Shown here in pieces: positions 21,532 through 33,410 of a DNA stretch of 64,000 nt; position 1 is the stretch's first letter; each line of letters opens with the position of its first letter. The position numbers and the translations under genes were made by a program. This DNA is from a virus. Its lineage: Duplodnaviria; Caudoviricetes. The notes under the pieces are model-generated. The model did no database searches and had not been told where the DNA came from. It saw nothing but the letters and a program-made list of their open reading frames with translations. Where the stretch lies: IMG/VR virus record IMGVR_UViG_3300033070_001349, positions 1 through 64,000 of that record. One strand, 5' to 3'.

Positions 21532-24255
21532 ATGAGCACACCTCCCGTCCGCGACCTCACCACCCCGGAGGGCGCCGCCACCGAGCTCGCCGAGCTCCTC
21601 TTCTACACCGTCACGCTCGAAACCCTCGACCGGGGCCGCGTCCGGTGCAAGATCGCCCCCATGCACCTCGGGGAGGGCGACACGCACCACACCCAGGACT
21701 ACACCGTGCCGTGGCGAGCGTGGGACGCGGCGTGTACCCACCTCGCCCTGATCGCCTACGAGATGCACACAGACGCCTTCCGGCTGGCCTACGGCGCCCG
21801 CCAGGGGGAGGAGGCGGTCCGCGCCGCCGAGGAGCGAGTCGTGCGCCTCCGGGAGAGCCTCGTCGCCGCAGAGGCCCAAGCGAAGCTCATCCGCGAGGAC
21901 TCCAGCGGCGCGACTGCCAACTTCCACCGCCTCGACGCGACCGCGCGCGACATCGCGACCCTGGCCCTCCGGGTCCGCAAGGGGGACGGCGAATGACCCC
22001 CTCCCTCAACGACACCCCCGAGAGTACCGCCCGGCGCCTTGCCGGTCTCCTCGGCATCCAGGCGATCCGGCTCATGGAAACCGCCGAGGGTTACGGCGTC
22101 GAGATGGACCCGCACCGCACCCGCAAGGACTTCCGGCTCCCGTGGCAGGCGTGGGTCGACGCCGTCCGCATCCTCGGGGACGTGGCTCGGTGCCTCAACA
22201 TGCCCGCGATCCGCGCTCGGAACTCGCGCCTCTCGGCCGAGGCTGAGTACCAGCGCCGCCTGGAGGAGGAGCGGGCGGCGCGCGAGGCTTTGGTCGCGGC
22301 CAAGGGCGCCGATGCGAGCGCCTCCGCGGCCCGGAGCGCGGCGGAGGCCCGGCTCAACACCTCGATCTGCGAGGAGCGCGGGAACCTCGATCGCATCGCC
22401 GGGTTCCGCGCCTCCACGCGCCACAACGGAGACCTCACCGCCGCCCGCGCCGAGCTCGTGGGACTCCTCGACCTCCTCTCCCGCCTCGAACCCTACGCCT
22501 GATCGAACCCTACCCCACGGAGCTCCGCCGCATGATCGACCTCGACGCCATCCGAAAGACTCTGACCGGCGACGGATCCTGCACGAAGTGCGAGGGATCC
22601 GGCACGGAGTATTGGGATGCGAGCGCGTGCGGGAGTGCCGGTCATGGGCCCTGCGGCCGATGCAACAGCACGGGCCGGGACCCCGAGGCGCTCCTCCGCT
22701 CCGTCCAGGCCGTCGGGCTCCTCCTCCTCCACCTCGTCGAGAAAGGCAACACGCCGTGAGCACCTGCGACACCTCCAAGCTCTACGTTCAGGACCCCAAG
22801 GACCCCACGGGCCGGGTCTGCATCCACTGCGGGGCCGCCGAGTCCCCGATGGACCCCACGCCACACCGGGACGACCCCAACGGCGACCTGTGCCCCGTCT
22901 CGGTGATCGAGGGCCTGCGCGTGGAGGCCGTCATCGGGGAGGAGGACTCCAAGGGCCGGACCGAGGGGGACGGCTACGAGACCCTGCGCGAGGTGGAGGC
23001 GTGGGCGCGGGGGGCCGTGCGCCGCGCCCTCGCCTGGACCCGCTACCCGACCCTGGACTCCGTACGGCTCGTGTTCGACCTCGAACAGGTCCGCCCGGAG
23101 CGCTTCGAGGCGATCCGCCAGAGCGCCCTCGCCCCGCGGTGGGCCGCCGAGGCGGAGGCCGCCGGGAAGGTGGCCGCGCAGCGCCGGGAGTCCAGGGTCC
23201 GCGCGTGCCGGGAGGAGCTCGCCGCCCTCGACGCCGCCCAGGCCGACTTCCTCCCAGGGGCGTACGAGCGCCGCCGCCTGGACGTGCTCTCCCGCTTCGC
23301 GGACGTGTGCTCCGACCTCGGGGAGACCCCGCCGCCCACCCCCCTCGCCTTCTGAACGGAGCCCTCTGATGCCAGTCCATGTCTCCGAGCGGGCCAAGTG
23401 GATTGGGTACACGAACACCCTCGATCGTCAGCGCGACCGCCTCACCCCCGCCGACAGGCTCCGCTACACGAAGCTCCGCGCCAGGATCCTTCGCGAGGCC
23501 GGGGAGGGCGTTACGGTCGAAGACATCGTGTGGCTCTGCCAGTGCATCATCAACACCGCCACGAAGTGAGACCCATGCCCAACCCCGACGAACGCCCTCC
23601 CTACAAGGTCGAGCCCCTCCTCTACCCCGTCACGTTCACCCCCGACGACTTCCTCCCCCGCCTCGGCGCCCTCCGGCGCAAGGTCCGGGAGGGGACCGTG
23701 GGGTGGGTCCCGGTCCCCGAGGGAGCGTGGTCGCCGGATCGGGCCGGTGGCTTCCCCTCGGGCTTCGAGGTGGCGCCGCCCGCCGCCCTCCTCAAGGCCG
23801 AGCTCGACCGGCCCCGGTGGATCATCCCCCAGCCCGAGGGCCCCCCGAAGACCCGCCCGGCCAACGACGCCCTCTGCCTCTTCCTCACCACCCTGGCGGT
23901 CTCGAAGCGGCTCGACGAGGCCCACCTCCGGGGCCTGACGACCCGGCGCGAGATCGAGGACTTCGTCCGCGAGGTCGACGACGACCCCCTCATCCGCTGC
24001 ATGTTCGAGTGCGTCGACACGACCCCGAGGCCGCCCCTCTGGCTCTACGCCGAGTCCTTCTCCCCCCTGATCGTCGGGGCCCGGCAGAGGCTCGTGGTCC
24101 TCCCCCTCGGGGGCATCATCCTCCCGCCGAAGGCCCCCGAGGTCGCGCTCGTGGGGGTCCTCGTCCTCCCGGTGTGGATCCTCGGGCCCGGCCGTCCCCT
24201 CGCGGACGCCACCGGCAAGGTGTGGCCCTCGCGCCTTGCGACCTCTGCCTGTTGA
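21532..24255 (+). CDS. run of six hypothetical genes
   Basis: 21532-21996 and 21993-22502 (tandem paralogs), 22532-22759 (CxxCxGxG twice), 22756-23355, 23369-23569, 23575-24255. Confidence 0.55.
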
Positions 24256-24280
24256 CACAAGGTCACTCATGCGCTAGATT
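24252..24280 (+). promoter_or_regulatory. class-I promoter, leaderless arrangement
   Basis: TTGACA-N17-TAGATT-N6-ATG(24287). Confidence 0.8.
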
Positions 24281-24286
24281 AGACGC

Positions 24287-24358
24287 ATGGACCTCGACAT
24301 ACTTCTCCTCATCGTCATCGCCCTCGTCGGGTCCCGCCTCGCGGAGACCGCCGCGTGA
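24287..24358 (+). CDS. 23-aa hydrophobic small protein
   Basis: MDLDILLLIVIALVGSRLAETAA; ATG at the predicted +1; GTGA-coupled to the next gene. Confidence 0.5.
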   Translation: MDLDILLLIVIALVGSRLAETAA

Positions 24359-24875
24359 GGCCCCTCCTCGACCTCCTCCATGGGCTCGACCGCGTCCTGA
24401 TCGTCACCGGGAGCTCTGGCCCTGGGCGCCGGGGGACTCCGCGGGCTCCGAGCTTCTGCGCGTTGCGTGGTGGGTCCCGGGCGGGTCCTGCGATCGGTGC
24501 CTATCTATGGCGGCCGAGTGTCCTCCGGCGGGATGGGAATGCCCGAACTGCGACACGGCCGCGGGTATGCCTCTGGCCGCCGTGCCCACCTCCCTCGTCA
24601 ACCTCGTGTCCGTCGCGTCGCTCGGGCGGGCCCACATCCTCGCCCTGTGGAACTACGCCCGGGAGCTACCCGTCAGGACGATGGCCTTCCGCCCCCTGCC
24701 CACCGAGCGGCTCTCCTCGTGGCGCGCGGCCCAGTGGCACGAGGCCGCGAACAAGGTCCTGGCGAACCACGGGGCCCTGGTCGAAAGGACCGGCCCCGAG
24801 ACCCTCGTCCTGGCCGTGCCCCGGGCCGGAGGGCTCGACGGGGTGTGCCCCTACTTCGAGGGCGCCGAGCGGTGA
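24355..24875 (+). pseudogene. paralog-family gene with an apparent -1 frameshift at ~24410
   Basis: MRPLLDLLHGLDRVLIVTG continues in the -1 frame as ELWPWAPG...CDRC...CPNC...YARELP. Confidence 0.45.
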
Positions 24876-24890
24876 GAGCCACATGACTCC
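24875..24890. repeat. 16-bp palindrome, copy 6 (4 bp upstream of a -35)
   Basis: AGAGCCA-CA-TGACTCC. Confidence 0.88.
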
Positions 24891-24894
24891 AGGG

Positions 24895-24922
24895 TTGACT
24901 CCGCCGCTCTATGCGCTAGATT
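24895..24922 (+). promoter_or_regulatory. class-I promoter, leaderless arrangement
   Basis: TTGACT-N16-TAGATT-N7-ATG(24930). Confidence 0.8.
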
Positions 24923-24929
24923 GCTTCGC

Positions 24930-25571
24930 ATGGGCGACCTCGACAAGCTCCTTTTTCTCGACATTGACGACGTGGTCGCCACGGATGCTCGCTACGACGC
25001 CACCGCCGCGGCCCTCGGGTTGACCCGCCGCCAGCTCCGCGAGCGACCCCTGACCCCCGACCTCATGCCCAGCCTCCTCTCCCCGGAGCACGTCTCCCGG
25101 GTGCAGCGGGTGTGCGAGGAGACCGGGGCGGGCTTCGTGCTCGTGACCTCGTGGCTCGACCTCTACACGGTCCCCGAAGATGCCCCCTGCCACATCCAAG
25201 ACCCGGCGGGCTACGACCGCGTCGAGACGGAGTGCCGCGCGTCGCACATCGCGGCGATCGTCTCCGCCCTGAGGGGCCACGGCCTCGCGGCCCCCTACCT
25301 CGGGGCCCTCCCGGCGGTCCGCTACAAGATGAGCGACTACGCGGGGAGGGACGCCCACCGCCGCCGGGGCATCGTCCGGTGGCTTGCAGAGCACCCGTGC
25401 GCCGCGTGGTGCGTGCTCGACGACGACACCGACGGGAGGCACTACGGGTACGTCCGCCGCGGCGTGCGCCGCTACCACCAGCCCCTCTTCGAGGGCCACT
25501 GCGTTCACCCCGTGGACGGCGTCACCGACGCGGACGCGGCCCTGTGCATCGAGATCCTCAACCGGAAGTAG
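24930..25571 (+). CDS. HAD-superfamily protein (Swiss-Army-Knife RNA-repair HAD-like)
   Basis: LFLDIDDV, VLVTSW, WCVLDDD, DGVTDAD. Confidence 0.7.
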   Translation: MGDLDKLLFLDIDDVVATDARYDATAAALGLTRRQLRERPLTPDLMPSLLSPEHVSRVQRVCEETGAGFVLVTSWLDLYTVPEDAPCHIQDPAGYDRVETECRASHIAAIVSALRGHGLAAPYLGALPAVRYKMSDYAGRDAHRRRGIVRWLAEHPCAAWCVLDDDTDGRHYGYVRRGVRRYHQPLFEGHCVHPVDGVTDADAALCIEILNRK

Positions 25572-25577
25572 GCCCCC

Positions 25578-28500
25578 ATGCAGACCCCCAGGCTCCCCCA
25601 CCTCTTCACCGCCGCCGAGCTCGAAGCCATGGCCTCCTCGACCGATGGCACACCGGGCCTCACCGACAACGCGGTGGTGGCCGACCTCCTCTACACCGCC
25701 CGGATCCAGGCCGCCGAGCTAGCGAAGCACGAGAAGGACCTCGAAGACGCGGCCGGGGCCTTCCCGATCGCCCTCCCCGCCCCGGGGTCGGTCGAGGCCA
25801 AGCTCCTGCGGGCCAACTGCATCCTCAAGGGCGAGCGCACCGCGTGGGAGCGGGAGCGCCACTCGCTTCGGGAGCTCGTTCGGGTGGCCCTCCGCGAGCT
25901 CGACGCGGTGTGTCGGGAGGCCAACCCCCGCGCCTACTCGCAGGGGGACGGCATCCACCCCATGCAAGGCAAGGTCGGCGGGATGGACGGAGTCGTCCAG
26001 GGCCAGTCCCTCCTCGCGGTGTACTCGGTCTGCCGTCGCCTGTACCTCCTCGGGGTCGAGAAGGCGAAGGCGGCGGGGATCGAGGGCGTGTGACCCGCCG
26101 GGACCCCACCCGCGAAATCCTCTTCCGCCGGGCCTCCCTGGACCCGCGTCCTGAGCCCCCGTGGCACTTCGTGGGGTCCGCCCCCGACCTCCCCCGAGCG
26201 ATCGACGAGGTCGCCTCGTGGCTCGGGCCGCGACCCGCCCACGGGGACGCCGTCCTCCTCCACCAGAAAGCGAGGCCGCAGCGGGGGCGGGCCTTCGTCT
26301 TCGACGAGGACTCGGGGCTCTTCACGACCGAGACCCACGCCTACACCCTCGGCGAGGGCATCCGGGAGTGGGAGCAGGGCCACACGCAGCGGATGGTACT
26401 ACGGGGGTCGCTCGGGACTCTCGGCCGCCGGACCCTCGTCTACCGCTACATGCTCCTGGCCTGCGAGGCGACGGAGCGAATGGCTGCTGGCGTCCGCGCC
26501 ACCCTCACCCGTGAGGACCTCCCCCCGTGGGTAGACGGCCTCGTCCTGACGATCCGGTCGGTGGCCGCGGCGATCCGAGCGGGGAGCCCGGAGGGGGTGG
26601 TCTCCACCCACTCGTACCCCCTCCGCGCCGAGTGGAGCAAGGCCCTGGCGGACCTCCACAACAGCACCCGCGAGCTCGAATCCTGGGCCCGGCGGGACCT
26701 CGCGTCGAGCGAGCCCCTGCGCGGCTCCTTCCGGGACGCGGTCAGGATCCTCGGGCGGGCCGCCTACGTGCTGCTCGGGGAGGAGCGCGAGATGCTGTGG
26801 CGCCACGTCCCCCTTGCCTCGTACCTGTGCGCCCTGGCCAACATCCGAGACCCCTTTCCTCTCCACGTCTACGACCCCGCGAGGACACCATGAGCCACCG
26901 ACTCCCCATGCACCACCCTCACGTCCTGTGCCCAGCCCTCGCGGGGACCCACTACTTCGCGATCATCGGGGCGGCGGGCTATGCCCACGGCATCCTCGCC
27001 CGGACCCTCAAGGGCTTCCTCCACACGGCCACCCGACTCGCTCTGAGCGAGGGATTCGACAAGGTAGTCTCGATGGCCCCGGCACGCATCAACGTCGTCT
27101 CCCTCGACCGGGAGAGCCTCGGGCGCCTGGAGCACGACTACCGCAACGCCGAGCTCGACCGGGTGAGGGACCGGGTGGGGCGGTCCCTCCGAGGGCTCCT
27201 CAAGGCCAAGGATCCCATCCCCGAGGGCTTCGAGGTGATGCGTAAGCCGCGCACCGACGAGTTCCGGCGGCTGACCCCCAAGGGCCACGTCATCGTCAGG
27301 GTGCCCGGCGACAAGGGGGATCGCTTCCGGGTTGCGGATGCCCTCAGGGCCGCCGAAGACCTCTATCACCTGGGGGCCGGGTCGGTGGTAGCGGACACCG
27401 CCGCCGAGGCGCTCGAACCCCTCATGCCCTACCTCGAACGTCTCGGGGCCATCCTCGAAGCGGGCTTCCGCGTCCTGAGCGTCTCGGACTCCGGCGAGCG
27501 GGGCTCGCTCCTCGTCTCCCCCACCCTCGACGCCCTCGTGGCGGCCAACCCGTGACCCTCCCTCACTACCCACACCCCGAGCTCCCGAAGTGGCCTGAGG
27601 CCTGCGAGGTGGTCGAGCCGTACATCCGCGAGATGGTCGCCGTGGAGCCGGACACCTGGGCTCTCGCCGCCGAGGCCTTCGAGACGAACGGCCTCCTCCC
27701 GGAGGGCTTCTCTCAGGGCGCGCGGTGGGCCTGTCCGGGCGAGAAGAATGACCCGTGGAGCGACCATCGGCACCTCCGGTGCGGGAACACCTACGCGATC
27801 GACGCGCCGCCCTGGCTCCGCGACCTCATCCTCGTGGCATCCCTTGGGCTCGAAGCCCACAAGACCGTTCAGGGCCTCGCGGATGAGCTCTCGCGCGAGG
27901 CCCACGTCTTCGACTTCAAGCGGGGCCTGCGGGGGAGAGAGCGGGCCCGCATCCTGTGGCGGGTCTCGGCCAGGATGGTGCTCACGACTCTCCCAGGTAG
28001 CTACGGAGGGGCGGAGACCCGTTTCCACTGCTGGAACGAGCCCGGGTACAGCACCGAGCGCCCCCTGTCCTGCTACGCGGTGCGGCACGGGTGGGCCGCC
28101 GCTCCCGTCCCGGCGGACGCCAAGGAGATCCGGCGGGGCTATGGGGAGAATCTCCGGTGGCTCGCGCGTACGAGCTCGATCGACGGGACGAAGGTGTGCG
28201 CCCTCCTCTCCCAGCTCCTGGCCCTCGGGCTCTCCGTCGACCGGGTGTGTCCTGACCCCAAGACGGGGGAGAGTCATGTGGCTCTATGCTTCGAGGAGCT
28301 CGCCACCGACCCCCAACGGCCGGGTGAGCTCCGGGCGGGGCCGTGGTCGTGAGGAGCAAGCGGGAGGCCCTCGCCGCCGCCACGAAGGCGGTTCGGGATG
28401 GACACCGCGCGGAGGCCCTCGCCCTCCTCGGCGAGCTCGCGGCCCTCCTCGACGCCGAGGACCCGGTCGAAGCCGCGTGGAGCGCATGGACCTTCGAGGC

Positions 28501-28642
28501 CGCCCCCTCGACCGGGCTCGTGTGCGAAGACTGCGGCGCCGAGGTGAAGGACTCGCCGGGAGGGACCGTGTGCGCCAACGGCCACGGCGGTGCGGGGACC
28601 CTTCCGGCGCCGGGCTCATCCGACGGGCCCCACCCGTTTTGA
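25578..28642 (+). CDS. run of five hypothetical genes
   Basis: 25578-26093, 26090-26893, 26890-27555, 27552-28352 (paralog family), 28349-28642. Confidence 0.55.
28270..28285. repeat. 16-bp palindrome, copy 7 (in CDS)
   Basis: AGAGTCA-TG-TGGCTCT. Confidence 0.85.
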
Positions 28643-28652
28643 TCCCTCGCTC

Positions 28653-28680
28653 TTGACCCCTCGAATCCATGCGCTAGATT
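28653..28680 (+). promoter_or_regulatory. class-I promoter, leaderless arrangement
   Basis: TTGACC-N16-TAGATT-N6-ATG(28687). Confidence 0.8.
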
Positions 28681-28686
28681 AGACGC

Positions 28687-29286
28687 ATGACCGAACCGCG
28701 CATGTGTGATCCAGGCCCTCAGGACGAGTTCCCCCGGAACGAGCGGAAGCTCCCCCTCCGCTTCCTCCAGGTGGCTCCTGAGCTCTTCCTCGGGCCCGCC
28801 AAGGACCTTCGGAAGCTCTCCCAGAACGTCGAGCGGCCCAAGGCCATCCTCGACACCCGACCCCCGGAGACGGTCGACGCTCTCTTCCCGGACAGGCTCT
28901 TCGCGCCCATCAACGCGCCCCTGCCCTACTTCCACTGGTGGAGCCCGGTCCCCGCGGTGCTCTCCAACTCCAATGCGGCCGACCACGTCGTGGCGTGCCT
29001 CCTCGCCTTCTGGGACCAGATCGAACCGAACTACCGCGGGTCGGTCTACCTCGTCGCCGAGACCGAGGGCCGCGCGCGGGCCCTGGGGTACGTCTACCTC
29101 CGGCTCCGCTACGGGCTCGACCGAACCGAGGCCCTGGCGCGGATCGGCGCCGGGCGGCTCACGGGCGACACGCACACCCTCCTCGAAGACCTCAAGCTCG
29201 CGGTGACCTCGCGGGAGCTCACGGAGCGCCGCCTCGCCCACGAGGCCCAGGTCGCCACCGCCGATGCCCGCCGGGTGAAGCCGTGA
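28687..29286 (+). CDS. possible inactive dual-specificity phosphatase-like protein
   Basis: QVAPELFLGP, GSVYLVAETEGRARALGYVYL..YGLDRTEALARI; catalytic Cys absent. Confidence 0.4.
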   Translation: MTEPRMCDPGPQDEFPRNERKLPLRFLQVAPELFLGPAKDLRKLSQNVERPKAILDTRPPETVDALFPDRLFAPINAPLPYFHWWSPVPAVLSNSNAADHVVACLLAFWDQIEPNYRGSVYLVAETEGRARALGYVYLRLRYGLDRTEALARIGAGRLTGDTHTLLEDLKLAVTSRELTERRLAHEAQVATADARRVKP

Positions 29287-30864
29287 TGCCCGTCCTCTCC
29301 GCGAAGGCGTATCGCGCCATCGGCCGCCGGGCCTACCTCCGCGCCCTGGCCGAGGAGCTCGCCGCCGACGCCGGAGGCGGGGCGGTAATCCTCCACCCCT
29401 CCGAGGGGTCCGAGCACACCGCCCGGCTCGTGCGCGTCGACAACCCGCTCGCCTTCGCCGCGAAGACCGAAGGCCTCGCCCTCGTGGCCCTCATCGAGGC
29501 GATGGCCCCCGACCCCGCCACCCGGCTCGCGGCCATCGCCCGCGCATCCCAACGCACCGGCAACTGGACCCCGCTCCCGGGCGACGTGATCGACCGCGAA
29601 GGGGACACCGTCCTGACGATTGCCCCCAAGGGCCGGATCGGATGGGTCGTGACGACTGCGGGCGGTCCCGTTCGCTACGCGGTTCGTGCCCAGGCCGATC
29701 ACCAGTTCCGCATCCGCGTGGACCGCCTCCCCAAGGACCGACCCGAGGGTGTCCCGATGGGCGCCGCCTACGGCTCCCTCTCGGAGGAGGACTGACCCGA
29801 TGAACCAGGACGACCTCAAGCGCATCGGCCTCGCCCCCTCCCACATCGAGACCCTCAAGGCCGTGATCGCCAAGGGCGCCGACCGCATCCGCGCCTCGGC
29901 CCTCTACAAGCACCTCGGCGCCACGTCGGTCTTCGCGAGCCCCCACACCTACCCCCTCCAGTTCCACCTCGTGACTCCCAAGGGCTTCCGCTCCGTCCAC
30001 CTCGTCACCCCCTCGGAGACCGCCCCCGACGGGGTGGTCATCGGGGACTAGACCCCCGTCAGGAGCCACATGACTCCAACTCCAACCCCTCCCCCGGCCG
30101 ACCCCCTACTCGAAGCCGCCGAGGCCCTCATCGCCCGGGGGGAGGCCCCCCAAGACCTCCTCGACCCCGAGACCTCCAAGAGGGCCTTCGTGTGCCCCGC
30201 GTGCCTCGGCCAGCGCTGGCGGCGGGAGCTCATGTCGCGCCCGGGTCACCCGCCTGTCCCCCACTACACGATCACCGATCGTTGCCCGCTCTGTGACAAC
30301 GCTGGGCACATCCCCCTCCCCGAGTTCCCCGAACACCTCCGGGCCTGGGCCAACCACCCCAAGAGCATCGCCCTGGCCGAGGACATCGCCCGCGAGCTCA
30401 ACCCCAACACCGCCCTCCCCCTCCTCTGGGCCCTCGTCCACCCCGAGGTCCTCGCCGCCCGCCATCGACGGGTGGCGGTCAGGCTCCCGGTCGACGGTCG
30501 GGGCCCCGCCCCAGAGACCGTCTTCGCCGTCGAGACCCACGCCACGAGGTCGCCTAGTTACGTCCAGGGGTGGGCGTGGCCCGACCGATGCCGGTGGGGG
30601 CCTCCCTACAACTTTCCCGAGAGAACCTACCAGCTCCTCAAGGCCCTCCACGAGCTCAACGTCCACCCCCTCCAGCTCGTCCCGGGGCAAGTCACCCTCC
30701 TCGCCCTCCCCTACCCCGACTCGACCGAGACCGGCCTCCCCATGATCCGGCTCGAAGGCCCCGAGGCCCCTCGCCCGGGAGGGATCGTCCTCCACACCAC
30801 CCGGGCCGGGCGGGACCGCTCCCCCGATGCCGTCGCCTTCGAGACCGAAGACCCCCGACGGTAG
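29286..30864 (+). CDS. three hypothetical genes
   Basis: 29286-29795, 29800-30051, 30070-30864 (paralog family). Confidence 0.55.
30062..30077. repeat. 16-bp palindrome, copy 8 (overlaps ATG 30070)
   Basis: GGAGCCA-CA-TGACTCC. Confidence 0.9.
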
Positions 30865-31324
30865 ACCCCGTCCGCCCGCGTCCTCCCCCCCTCCCTCGAC
30901 CGCGCCGACCCCCTATGACATCGCAACTTCTCCGAATGGAGAGCCGGGTACCTGGACCGAAAAGGCTAGGGGCGTCCGTGCGCGCGGGCTATCTGCGACA
31001 CGCAGGGGGTACCGGGGGGCGGTGCCGGGTTTTCGGGGAGACCCCCACCCCCCTACGAAAAATCCAGGGACCCCCTACCCCCCGGGGGGTGTGTTTCAGG
31101 ACGGAGCCACGATGGCTCTACCCGGCACCGAAGATCCCAGAGGAGATGCGCCGGGGCATCGCCGGATGCGTGGGGGCATCCGCTCTGACCGGGCCGCCCG
31201 GCGGATGGTTGACGGTTGGTTGACCGCCCGTCCTCCACCGTCCTCCACCCGGGATCCTCTGGCGACTCCCGCCAACCCTGACAAAAGCTCCCACCTCCTA
31301 GATCGTAAAGAGGGTGGAGTCGTA
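30865..31324. other. largest gap without a gene or RNA call; G-run/C-run tracts and hairpins
   Basis: GGGGGTACCGGGGGG, ACCCCCACCCCCC, AAAAAT, CCCCCTACCCCCCGGGGGG, plus a variant palindrome at 31103-31119. Confidence 0.5.
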
Positions 31325-31353
31325 TTGACGCCGTGCGTTCTATGCGCTAGGTT
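31325..31353 (+). promoter_or_regulatory. class-I promoter, leaderless arrangement
   Basis: TTGACG-N17-TAGGTT-N6-GTG(31360). Confidence 0.8.
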
Positions 31354-31359
31354 GCAGGC

Positions 31360-32840
31360 GTGACGAACCCGACGAACCGCTCTCCTCCGCTCGACACCGA
31401 GAAGGGCGCCGAGTGCGACCGCTGTCAGAAGCGGTACGCGACCTCCATCTCCGTCGAGCTCAACGAATCCTGGTGCGACGGCTGCGTGGACTGTGCGGGG
31501 GCCCGCGGGGGCCGATGGCGGGACCTCGAAGACGCCGAGCTCGCGCGGAAGATGAACCGGGGGCTCGACCGGAAGGAAGAGGGACGACGGTGACCGCCCA
31601 CGAGGACCAGACCCCGGGGATGTTCTACCGGGGCTCCTCCCCTGCGGCGAAGGCCAACGGCCGGGACCTGGAGAACATCGTGACCCTGATCGAGCTCGCG
31701 GCGATCCACCTCACGCCGAAGGCGGGGGCGGTCTTCACCGCGGACGAGCTTTACGAGGAGGCGGTGTGGTACGGCGGGGAGTCGATCGAGCTCCTCCGGG
31801 TGGACTCCGACATCGTCCTGAAGAGCGCCTCGGGCATCCTCAAGCGGGAGCCCGGGGGGAAGTGGAGCCTCAAGTGATCGTCGACCTCAAAGGCCTCTCG
31901 GGCGAGGTGGTGCCAGACGTGGAGATGGGGTTCCGCGAGGGCGGGACCTCGGAGGAGGTTCAGGACTGGATCGCCGAGCGGGCCCGGCTCGAAGGCCCGC
32001 GGTGGGCCCGGTCCGCCACCCTGATCCTCCTCTACACCGAGCGGAGCGGCCTCGTCCCGACCCGCGAGGCGGCCTGGAAGGGGGAGCGGTACTTTATGGC
32101 GCACTTCCTGTGCGTCTACCACGAGGGCCTGGAGGGCTTCGTGCCCATGCCCGAACCGAGGACCCGATGACCACCCCCTCCGACTTCGACGTGGACCCCT
32201 TCGGCCTCTCCCTCTTCAAGCCCTGCGAGCGGTGCTGGACCCTCTGCGGCCGGGACCCGGACGGGCTCGAAGTCCGGCACGTCCTCCCCTGCGGCCGGGA
32301 GTGCGAGCTTACGGCCCCGAGTGACCTCTCCGACCGTTACACCTGTGTGGGGCGATGCTCCGCGTGCCGGGCGGCCGTGTTCGGGTGCTGGGGGCTCCGC
32401 GCTCCGTGCGGGAAGGAGGGGTGCTCCCAGTGTGGGACGCACGCAGGTGATGAGTACGGGGACGACCTGTGCGGGCTCGCGCCTCCGGTGTCCCGGATGG
32501 CGTGGCCCGGCGGCAAGGTGACCTGCGGGGTGTGCCTCAAGCGCCTCACGGCCTCATCGACGGCGGCTCCCTCCCCTGCGGTGAATCCGTGACGCGCCCC
32601 TCCGAGCGATCCCTCCTCCGGGCGACCTGGGACCGAGACCTGTGCGACCGGCCCTTCACCGACGCCGAGCTCCAGACCGTGGAGAGCCTCCTCCGGGGGA
32701 CAGACGCCACCGTCTACTGGACGGGGGTGTCGATCCATCGGTGGACGGTCGTAGTGACTACGCGGAGGGGTCCGAGGGCGGAACGGTTGCGGCGGTCCAT
32801 CGGTAGGGTCCTCGGCCCCGAGTACGTGCCGGAGGCGTGA
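31360..32840 (+). CDS. run of five small hypothetical genes
   Basis: 31360-31593, 31590-31877, 31874-32170, 32167-32592 (Cys-rich), 32589-32840. Confidence 0.55.
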
Positions 32841-32844
32841 GGCC

Positions 32845-33357
32845 GTGATCCTCTCCCTCATCGTGGCCGCCGACGAGGCCAACGTCATCGGCGTGGACGG
32901 GCGCCTCCCCTGGAGGCTCCCCCGGGACCTCAAGGCCTTCCGCGACACCACCCTGGGCCGCCCCGTGATCCTCGGGCGGCGGACCCTGGAGTCGATCGGC
33001 GGGCCCCTCCCTGGGCGGACCAACATCCTCGTCTCGACGACGGTACCCGCGGCGGCCCGATCGTTCTCCGAGGCCATGGACCGGGCCGAGGCCGCCGCGG
33101 GTCCTGAGGGGGAGGCCTTCATCATCGGGGGGTCGAGCCTCTACTCCCTGGCGGCGCCGCGGGTGGACCGGGCCTACCTGACCCGGGTGCACACCACGGT
33201 CGACCTGACGGGGGCCCGCCGCGTGTCGAGGCTCCCGTGGTTCGCCGTCGAGTCGCGCGTCCTGAGGGCCCTGTCGACCACGGAGTGCCCGGCGGGCGAC
33301 GGCGAGGACTACGCCTGGACGCGAACCGTCTACGAGCTCGGGGACGGCCCGCGATAG
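32845..33357 (+). CDS. folA: dihydrofolate reductase
   Basis: LIVAA..NVIG.DGRLPWRLPRDL, GRRTLESI..PLPGRTNILVS, FIIGGSSLY, YLTRV. Confidence 0.93.
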   Translation: MILSLIVAADEANVIGVDGRLPWRLPRDLKAFRDTTLGRPVILGRRTLESIGGPLPGRTNILVSTTVPAAARSFSEAMDRAEAAAGPEGEAFIIGGSSLYSLAAPRVDRAYLTRVHTTVDLTGARRVSRLPWFAVESRVLRALSTTECPAGDGEDYAWTRTVYELGDGPR

Positions 33358-33376
33358 GCCTTTCGAGGTCTGGGCC

Positions 33377-33404
33377 TTGACCCTCGGGTTCCATGCGCTA
33401 GATT
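33377..33404 (+). promoter_or_regulatory. class-I promoter, leaderless arrangement
   Basis: TTGACC-N16-TAGATT-N6-ATG(33411). Confidence 0.8.
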
Positions 33405-33410
33405 GTTCCC

